Assembly: GCA_963693365.1 (NCBI GenBank)
Contig: CAVNZM010000002.1
Coordinates: 17,455,615 to 17,519,614, forward strand
Source: Amoebidium appalachense
Lineage: Eukaryota; Protista; Ichthyosporea
Length of the DNA stretch: 64,000 bases
Reading direction: 5' to 3'
Positions 46,641 through 64,000 of this stretch are shown here, piece by piece. Below the pieces are notes generated by a model. The model was not told where the DNA came from, ran no database searches, and worked only from the letters and a program-made list of their open reading frames with translations. The position numbers were made by a program, and so were the translations under genes. Position 1 is the stretch's first letter. Every line of letters begins with the position of its first letter.

Positions 46641-48875
46641 ATGGCCGACCTAGACCGCCCCTTGGACGAAATAGTAAAGGAGTCCAAGCAGAGTCGCCGT
46701 GGTCGTGGCCGGGGCAGGGGCGCTGCTACCGCCGCCACCGGGCGGGGAGGAGGGAAGGCGCCCGCGTCGGGTGGCTCCGGAGGGCCCATTAGGAAAACTA
46801 GGGGGAGGACGGCTGCACGCCCAGCACCCTACCAGACAGAGAAGGTAGGGGTTTACAACGTAGTTTCTGGTTTTAAAGAAACACGTTTAGGTAATATGGT
46901 GGGAAGCGGGAGAGGACACTGGTGTCATGTATTTTTTGTGTTCTCTCTCCCTCTCTCTCGTCTTCTTCTCCGGGGGGAGGGAGGGGGGGGGGGGGGGGGG
47001 GAGGGATTGATTGTTCGGTTGGTTAAGATAACCTTTGAGCTCTGAGCCACCAGCGTGCACGAGACTCACAGGTTGAAAGTTCTGTGGGATGTCCTCTTGT
47101 TTGTGGGCAGCAGAGGCTGGTTTTTTTCGTTGTCCCCCGCCTGTCCGCTTTCTTGCAAAGCCGTTGCCTTGTTATCTATCGTTTTCCTTCGTAGCTTTGG
47201 CTATTCACTCAGTTTGTGGCACTGTCAGTAGCCCCTTCCCCTCCCCCCCCCCCCGGAAGTATCGACTTAGGTATCGACGGGGGAGCTTCCTAGGAGCCCC
47301 GTCTCCTGAGTTCCTATCTATATTTTTCTTGCTTCTGCTTACTGCTGCAACTTTAACCCCCGGCCTTTCCCACTGCCCTTGCCTGCATAAGCAACCCTGC
47401 TCGTCTCTGATCAAGACGGGTGACCTACTCATGTTCAAGTGAAACAGTATCTGAGTTGGGTTTCGTTAACGAGGGGAATAGGTCGAAACTCGGGTACTGT
47501 GGATGACGTGGGCCCCCCCTGAGGATGGGCTCTGCTTATTATGCATACTCTTTATGTATGGCTTGCATTCTGCATCGTGTTATCCGTTTGTTCTTGTGTA
47601 CTTCGTACTTTTTGACGCATTCAAAAACCCCCCCCCCTCTCACTCCGCTCCCCCCTGTATACTCCTTTTTGCTGCTGCGTGTAGGGGAATTTTCCCGACC
47701 ACAACATCTTTACCACCCCCCTGCAACTCCCTCCGTCCACTTACACAAACACGCTCTTGCAGCCCAAACCCGCCCCCAAGCTAACATCGACGAAGCTTCT
47801 TGTGGAGAATCTGCACCAGAAGGTTAACGATGCAGATATAAAGGTTTGTGTGTGTGTCTGTGTGTGTGTGTGTGTGTGTGTGCATGTGTCCGGGTGGCAC
47901 TGTGAGTGCGCGTGCAGATGCACGCGCGCGCGCGCGCGTGTGTGTAGGGTGTGTATGTCGTTGTTTTAGAACGTGAGGGGGGGGTTGTGGGGTGTGAATG
48001 TGCTGGGGAAGAGGGGGGTAGGTGTGGGAGTTGTGCCACAGAGTGCGAGAGACATCCTTCACTTCAAGGTAACAGGGGCAGAGGGGGTGGAGATTCTACG
48101 TTTGATATATATTTCCTTTGTGGTGTGCTGTTCGTTTACTTATATCAAGCTGTCCGGTTGTTCAGGACGTCTTATCCTTTTTTTCATTTTTTTTTTTTTT
48201 TTTTTTGTTGCTTAGTTGTGTTTGGTGTTTCGGTGTAACTGGCTTAGCAGCAACAAAGTAGGCCTCTGGCGTGGATCCAAGGTGGCGGAGCAGATAATTC
48301 TGTCGGCTAGCCTTTGTTGACTTCACCAAGAAATATCCTCTCTGCATATTTTTAACCTTACAGCAGGACATTGGAAAAAAGCGTGAGCAAGCAAAAGGAG
48401 GGAAGGAAGGGGAAGAGCGCCCCGGGGAGGGGGCGGGGGGGGGAAGGGGGTTGGCAAGCAAGGTTGGGAGCGAGGGGGGAGGGGTGGCGGAAGTTGATCC
48501 CGTAGCCAATACACAAACCATCACGGTTAGAGTGAATGCCGTTCCAGTGTCTCACCATTGTTGTGTGAGTAGGAGCTGTTCTCTCAGGTGGGGACTGTGC
48601 GCAAGACAGCGGTGCACTACAACGCACAGGGCAAGAGCATAGGCACTGCAGAGGTGCACTATGCACGCCCTGAAGACGTGGCTAAGGCCATCAAGGAGTA
48701 CAACGGCCTTACACTAGACGGTAGCCCCAAGCTCCCCCCCCCCCAATCGTTTTCTCTCTCTCGTTGCCGTGTACGTGTTTCCCCGTGATCCCTCGTTCCT
48801 ATGTTTTACCTGTAGTGCCCCTTCACTATCGAGTAACCTGGGTTTTTAGCGTTACATCTTTTCCCTTTTTCATTT

Positions 48876-48911
<36 letters not shown>

Positions 48912-49347
48912 TTTTTTTTTTTCTTTTTTTCTTTTTTCTTTTTTTTTGAAAGGGGGGGGGGGGGGGGGGGGGAGGGGGGGGGTGAACGAAGCAACTTTCT
49001 GTCTCACTCGCTTCCTCTCCGTCTCCCTCTCCCTCTTCCTCTTCCTCTTCCTCTCCCCCTTTCTCTCTGTGTGCTTGCTCCCTCTCCATCCCCCCCAGCT
49101 CCCGTCTCTCCGTTCTCTTCTCTCTCTTCCTTTGTCTATCTATCTCTGAGGGTGGGAGGGTAAAGAAAGTCCCCCCCCCCCCCCCCCCCCCCCCCCTCCC
49201 CATTGGTGTGTGTTATACGGCACTGCTCACACACGTGCTTCCAGGCAAACCCATGAAGCTGTCTGTTGTTGCCCAGCCAACCTCCGATGTGCTGGACCGG
49301 GTGGCTGCGCCCAAAAAGGCCCCGGCCAGGTATTTTATTATATCTCA

Positions 49348-49395
<48 letters not shown>

Positions 49396-49605
49396 CACAC
49401 ACACACATCACACCATGCCACATCCACTCAACCTTCACACATGCTTTCCTGCATGCCTGGCAACGTGCTATGTTGAATTAGCCCCTACGGTATGTGCAAA
49501 AAGAAGCCCCCACCCCACCCCCTCTTGAAGGTGCTGTGCTTTCCTACCTACCCCCCTCTTTGATGTCTCGTGCCCCTTCCCCCTCCCCCCTTGTGATGCC
49601 CGTGT

Positions 49606-49637
<32 letters not shown>

Positions 49638-49934
49638 ACCCCCCGCCCCTTCCATTCCTGCCCTCCCTTTCCCCCTCCTGGGTCTTGCGTGCTCTCCTAC
49701 CCCCCCCCCCCCCCCCCTCCCCTTTTTTTTTTGATGCCTCCCTTTTATCTACCCCCATGTGCACGTCCACACCGCGTGACTGACACCATGTGCAGGGCTG
49801 CAGCCCCAGCCAGGGGCGCAGCAGCAAGTGGCAGGGGCAGAGGGGCTGCCCGGGGTGGACGGGGGGGCAGGGGGGTGCACGTGCCCCAAAGTAAGATCCC
49901 CCCCCCCCCCCCCCCCCCCCCAATTATCACCACC

Positions 49935-49965
<31 letters not shown>

Positions 49966-50145
49966 GATCCTTTCTCTTTTTTCCGATCGACCTCGAAAGG
50001 ACCACACCCATGCCTCACCAAACCATCCCCGCACATGCATCAGTGTGAAGGTGTGCTGCTAGCTGACTCGTTCCTTGCTGCGCCACTAAGACTTGTTTGT
50101 TGGGTCATATTGGCCCGCGGTGAAGGGCACATAACAAACGATGTT

Positions 50146-50177
<32 letters not shown>

Positions 50178-50513
50178 CACCGTCTCTTGCACCTCTCCTG
50201 GTCGTCACATTCCCCTGCGTAGACGGCAGCCTTCTACCAAATAATGGAACCAGACAACCAATCAATGCTTGCTTTAGAGTGTGTGTGCCGAAGCCTAATC
50301 CATATGCACATGTAAGTTCTTCCTTTTAGCATCCCTCTGCATATAGCCTCCCCCTAGGTTGATTGCATGGGCACGTGCAATGCATTTAGGCACATGTATG
50401 GTATCTTCAGCCACACATTGTATTTATTATAGCGTGCAGCCACTTATTGGGTGTGCAGGGCGGCACCCAAGACGCAGGCAGACCTGGACAAGGAGCTAGA
50501 CCAGTACCACAAG
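46641..50513 (+). CDS. ALYREF: THO complex subunit 4 / ALY/REF (Yra1) mRNA export adaptor; final exon not resolved
   Basis: Exons 46641-46844, 47763-47843, 48573-48720, 49245-49329, 49796-49890 and 50459-50513. N-box MADLDRPLDEIV, RGG region, RRM (KLLVENL...DIKELFSQVG...VHYNAQGKSIGTAEV...YNGLTLDGKPM) and C-box TQADLDKELDQY. One G is missing in a G-run of exon 5. Confidence 0.92.
47255..47627 (+). mobile_element. Retroposon family, 5'-truncated copy D, in ALYREF intron 1
   Basis: Matches the 3'-most ~373 nt of copies A/B (one substitution seen). (C)n on both sides. Confidence 0.85.
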
Positions 50514-50850
50514 GTGCGTATTTATAGTAATATACTGATATAGTAATATACTGGTATAGTATAATGGTACTGTAGTGTAACAGTTGTTCTTGTGTACTTT
50601 GTACTTTTTGACGCATTCATACCCCCCCCCCTTTCAATGTGGGGAAACCCGCGCACACGCTTGCAGACACGCCCGCAACCTCTCTTCTATCTTTCGCCTT
50701 CTCCCTCTTCCTCTCCCTTGCTCCCACATGTTTGCACATGCACCCACACACTCAATCTAGCTCCTTTCTTTGAGCCACTGCTGCCACTGCTGTCTCCTGT
50801 TTCCGTCTTATCCCTCACACTGCATCTTGCCTCTATCGATGCATGATGAC

Positions 50851-50887
<37 letters not shown>

Positions 50888-51215
50888 TTTGGGGTTGGGT
50901 TTGGTTTGTATGTTTGTATTCTTTTTCTTGTTCTTTCTTTTCTTTTCTTTTCTTTTCTTTTCTAGATCTTTACTGAAGCGACCAGTCTGTGTATGTGGGT
51001 GGGTGGGGGGGGGGGGGGGGGGGGGGGCACTAGTGTAGATTAGTGGCGATTTATGTGACGGGCAGAAAATTTTGCAGTGCTGTTGTGGCCACGTGCTGAC
51101 GGATCTTCTCTCCCCCTTCCATGCCACACACTCACGTGCTCCCCCCCCCCTCACCCTCCGCATTTTCCGCTGCACTGCATTAGTTTGCACACACACATTC
51201 ACCGTTTTGCTCACC

Positions 51216-51481
51216 TTGCTTGCATAAGCAACCCTGCTCGTCTTTGATCAAGACGGGTTGACCCTCCCAAGTTCAGTTGATGCTGCTGTCTGAGTTGGAG
51301 AATCGTATATACGCGGGCTAAGGGGTCGAAACTCAGACGCAATTGATGACTTGGGCCCTCCCTGAGGATGGGCTCTGCTTATGACGCACACTGTGCGCAT
51401 GGCTGATGTTGCAAACTTGAATGTTTGCCTTTGCATGTGTCCTTCGTGTATGCGTACTTCGTACCTTGTTCCGCATTCAAA
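51216..51481 (+). mobile_element. Retroposon family, diverged copy E
   Basis: Conserved blocks tgcataagcaaccctgctcgtct, gatcaagacggg, ggtcgaaactc, cctgaggatgggctctgcttat and cgcattcaaa followed by (C)n. Confidence 0.8.
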
Positions 51482-51503
51482 CCCCCCTCACCCTCCCCCT
51501 TCT

Positions 51504-51618
<115 letters not shown>

Positions 51619-52443
51619 CAAACCCATCCAGGTTTGATTTGCTGCATGAGTACCAACACCACCTCTCGGCCAGAGCAGAGCACATGGCAAGCGGCTGACT
51701 TCGTGTCTGCTTTCATGTTAGCGACTATGTGTGTGTGTTGAACAGATAGGGTAGCCACATAGGGGGTTGGTGTGAAATGGTGATTGTGGGGGTGGGAGTT
51801 TTTTGACTTTAAATGATAAAAAGACAGTTCCATTATGTTTAGTAAACGGAACTTAGCATTTTTGAAGCTTGGAAAGACCACTATAGTGGTATTTACTTCT
51901 CTCTTTATGTGGCTCATCTTGTACACACAATCAAGAACACTGGGGACTTGATAGGGTATGACCCACAAATGCCAAAAATAAATCAATGACCTGAGTCTGA
52001 CAAACACGTGACTGCATCGACATGTGTTCGGGCGCCTGTGTGTCTATCCGATTTATGTGCACAGTATGTTAAGGTGGCGCCCGGGGGAGTTGGTGGTGGT
52101 TGGGGGGGGGGGGGGGGGGGGGAGGGAGGGTCATGAGGCCCAGGCACGTATTTAATACTATACTTAGCTTGTCGGACGGACTGCCATGATTGTACTCTCA
52201 GCCCGGATTGATAGTCCTCGCACTCGCCGAGTATATCATCATGACGGGCCCCAGGATCAGGGGTATGGGCTTTTTGCCGGAGCCACACCCCCCTCACTGA
52301 CTGAGTCCCACCAACCCCCACCGCTACCACCACCTTATCATAGCCATATATAGTTAACAGTTGCAGTTGCTGATTCGTTAGGAACGCACTATGCGACTTC
52401 TTGTCAACAACAGTGCTCCTATTGGCCTATACAGCACCTGCTC

Positions 52444-52451
52444 TGACGTCA
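52444..52451. promoter_or_regulatory. CRE palindrome upstream of the nitrilase-family gene
   Basis: TGACGTCA ~180 bp upstream of the ATG, with ATTGG at 52421. Confidence 0.5.
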
Positions 52452-52631
52452 TTCCATCAGGGGCCCTTGTGTTCTTGCCACTTGGCAAGTTGTGAAAGTT
52501 TTGTCACTCACACAAGACATAAAAAGGGCCCTTCAGAATATACATAGGCCCTCATAATATTCATAAGCCCTAAACGCCTTATGATACATAGACCCTTTTA
52601 CCCCTTATCGATATAGATAGTGCACGCAGCC

Positions 52632-53456
52632 ATGACGGGGGCAAAACTGCGACTGTGCCTCGCCCAGGTGCCGTGTGTTGTGGGCGACGTACAGGCAAAC
52701 CTCCGCACGATGGTGCAAAAGGTAGAAGCTTTGAAAGGCCAGGCAGATATAGTCGTATTCCCCGAGCTATTCACAAGCGGCTACGGGTTTCCTTTGGCCG
52801 ACGCAGACAAACTCGTAGAGACACAAGACGGTCCCTCCTTTCAACTTATGAGCAAGTGTGCGCGAGAAAACGAAACAGCCATCCTTTATAGCTTCCCGGA
52901 GAAAGACGAAAGCACGGGTTCACGTTACATATCGCTCATGTTCATCGACCAAAAGGGCGCGAAACTCGCCTGCTGCCGCAAAACCCACCTCTGGGACCCA
53001 TTCATGTCGTTTGAGCGTGCTGTGTTTGTGGATGGTGACCGGCTCTGTCCCATCGTCACCTTCCCCTGCGAGGGTGGGGTGGTGAGCATAGGTCTGCTTG
53101 TGTGCTGGGACCTGGAACACCCCGAGCCAGCACGTGTGTTGGCGTTCAACGGCGCAAACGTGATACTCGTGTGCGGTGCAAACAGTGACCTCAACACGCT
53201 GGAGGTGGTGGTGCGTGCACGTGCCCTGGAGGACCTGTGCCACGTGGCCTACTGCAACATGACTGGTGGCCCCTTCTGTGGCCACAGTTTGGTTGCCGCA
53301 CCCACTGGAGATGTGTTGGGGATGTTGGATAATGAGGTGGGGCACGTGATAGCAGTAGTGGAGCCAGATAACCCCACGTATGTGACCAAGAGGAAGAGAA
53401 ACCCATTCCGCAGGGATAGGCAGGCAGAGCTCTACACTCCGTTGGTGCAGGGCTAA
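52632..53456 (+). CDS. Carbon-nitrogen hydrolase (nitrilase superfamily) amidase, intronless
   Basis: 274-aa ORF from the ATG at 52632. Catalytic triad Glu (VVFPELFTSGY), Lys (RKTHLW) and Cys (LLVCWDLEHPE), plus RALED, FCGHSLV..P.G and a C-terminal RDR..LY. Confidence 0.93.
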   Translation: MTGAKLRLCLAQVPCVVGDVQANLRTMVQKVEALKGQADIVVFPELFTSGYGFPLADADKLVETQDGPSFQLMSKCARENETAILYSFPEKDESTGSRYISLMFIDQKGAKLACCRKTHLWDPFMSFERAVFVDGDRLCPIVTFPCEGGVVSIGLLVCWDLEHPEPARVLAFNGANVILVCGANSDLNTLEVVVRARALEDLCHVAYCNMTGGPFCGHSLVAAPTGDVLGMLDNEVGHVIAVVEPDNPTYVTKRKRNPFRRDRQAELYTPLVQG

Positions 53457-54115
53457 TGTGCTTTTTGGCGGTGTCAGATAATGCGAGTGTAGCCGGTTGC
53501 CTACAGGAAACCGGGTCGAGTAGCCAATTCATCATCTTCACCCACCACCCATCCATCACCCACCCTTTTGCTAAACCCATTCCCCCAGAAGACATGACGG
53601 GTCTGTGACTGATATATGATCTGTCTGTATAATATATTGCAATTACGGCCATGAAGTTGCAATACATGTGTAGCAAAAATTGTCGGCTGCAACGCGGCTC
53701 GATTTGTTGACAACACAGCTAGATAAGAGAGCAAATGTAACTTGCCAAGTAATTGACAATATGGGACGATTTAGAGAAGTGTAGCCAACGAAAACATGGT
53801 TTGTATGTTTGCGAGAGTTCGATTGTGTGCCCCCAACCCAATGACCATCCCAACTCTACCCCCACCCCCACCTCCGCCGTACCCCACATGTGCACCACAT
53901 ACACCACCAAACACCAGCCCGCCATAAATGCTTTGCACCTGTATTTGCGGATCCAACGGGTACCAACAAGTTAATTAAGGAGTATAAGTAAACGAAAAAA
54001 AATGCTGTCACACCCGCCCGTCAGTTAACATAAGCCTGCAACCTCGATCCCCCTCCCCTCCCGCCCCTTCTTCCCCCGGGACTCCAAATCCCACAATAAT
54101 TCCTAGTTCTGCCAA

Positions 54116-54167
<52 letters not shown>

Positions 54168-55029
54168 ACCCACCCACCTGCCTTCTTCCCCCGAGGCTCC
54201 AAATCCCACAATTCCTAGTTCTGCTCCCTCCTCCCCTCCCCTCCCTTCCCATGCACGGGCCCCGGCAAGAGCAAATTGATTACCGTGCGACACTATGCCG
54301 TTTTATATCCTACAGCGCCGGTCGTGGCAAATATTATAACATGGGGCCAACAAGGACACAGTCACTCTAACACGTACCGGCTATCTATAGCTATATACGA
54401 AGCCTACCGTTTAGTGAATTACATGCATGCCCAAACACAAGGTTCTGTCTTTTCATTTTTGCGCGCACGCGGCGGGGAAGGGGGGGGGGGGGGGGGGGGG
54501 AGAGTAGAGCAAACTGCATAATTTGTGGGAGGAGCCCCGGGGGAAATGACCGGAGGGGAAGGGGTAGGGGGGCAGAACTAAAACTTGTGGGAGGAGCCCC
54601 CGGGCCGAGCAAAGTGGAGGGAGGGAGGGGGGGGGGGGGGGGATGACAGAGCTCATTTTGACGTGTTATGTTATATTGCAATTCAATTTGTGTTGCACCT
54701 GGCAACTATATACATACACTGTTATGCATCCTGCATCGACATGATGGGTGGAGGGCATGCAGCATGTGCATGCACACCATAGAGGGATGGTTGGTGTGTG
54801 TGTGGCGGTGTGTACACACGGCCAGTGTATGCGGGTGTGTCTACACTGTGCACGCTGTGCCAGCATCCATATGCAAACACGTGTTTGGCAGAGGCTCCAA
54901 TAGGATTAAGGGCATATATACCCTCAAGAGAAAGGGACCCAGGTGTATAGATCAGATCAAAAGAGTCTCCCTGGAACCCAAGTGTCGACATTCACAAGTA
55001 CGCCTATGACGTCATACGAATCACGTGAG

Positions 55030-63685
<8,656 letters not shown>

Positions 63686-64000
63686 CCTGTCGAGGATGCT
63701 GGGGTAGGCGGCCCACCAAGCAGAAAGATAGTTGTTTCTATGTGTGATGGCTAGAAGATGCAGCGGTAAAATAGCGCAGCTGGCCGCCACCATAAGTGCA
63801 AGGGGAGAATGAGCTCGGCGTGAGCTTGACTCTGAGATACGAACGGGCGGAGGAGCTCGAGGAGGTGGGGGTGAAACCACAGGGCAGTGGGCGAAACTTA
63901 GCTACTACTAGAGAGAAGGGGGGGGTATGATTGGAGGGGGGGGTGTTCAGCTAACCTTATATGGATAAAGCAAAGTTACAAGGATTCAAGCCATTGGTTG

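Noticed and set aside
47481-47530. Hammerhead ribozyme in the retroposon (GAAAC-UCGG-GUA and CUGAGGA)
   Set aside because: The CUGANGA is not adjacent to a stem I or stem II in any of the three topologies, so it is not a canonical hammerhead.
48235-48375. H/ACA snoRNA candidate in an ALYREF intron (caacaaag/ctttgttg stem)
   Set aside because: The H and ACA boxes are not placed at the hairpin bases, so the two-hairpin architecture is unsupported.
54040-54230. Duplicated ~45-bp segment flanking a poly-C run
   Set aside because: Probably a local duplication or an assembly overlap across the homopolymer; no further signal.

Overview
Eukaryotic, intron-rich genomic DNA packed with (CA)n/(GT)n, (GA)n and long poly-G/poly-C tracts. 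Gene content and architecture suggest a unicellular opisthokont, possibly an ichthyosporean; this is inference only. Almost every ORF in the supplied track is a microsatellite artefact. By manual splicing I reconstruct eight protein-coding genes. Minus strand: the 5' part of RRP5, a DJ-1/PfpI-family enzyme, a PhnX-like HAD hydrolase and COPS5/CSN5. Plus strand: an intronless secreted protein with three 6-Cys repeats, ERO1, ALYREF/Yra1 and an intronless nitrilase-family hydrolase. The most interesting non-genic signal is a ~675-nt non-coding retroposon-like family with 4 near-identical and 5 diverged or short copies. Its copies share a fixed 3' end abutting (C)n, are variably 5'-truncated and carry a covarying stem/pseudoknot. 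All copies lie sense to their host gene, mostly just upstream of 3' splice sites. A C-terminal reverse-transcriptase fragment of a Penelope-like element, flanked by (C)n, is a candidate autonomous partner. Other points: (CA)n replaces the polypyrimidine tract at many acceptors; a twin structured-RNA motif; a tandem Helitron-like repeat; CRE palindromes upstream of four genes; and an ERSE-like motif upstream of ERO1. Several 1-nt indels at homopolymer or microsatellite edges indicate imperfect sequence quality.
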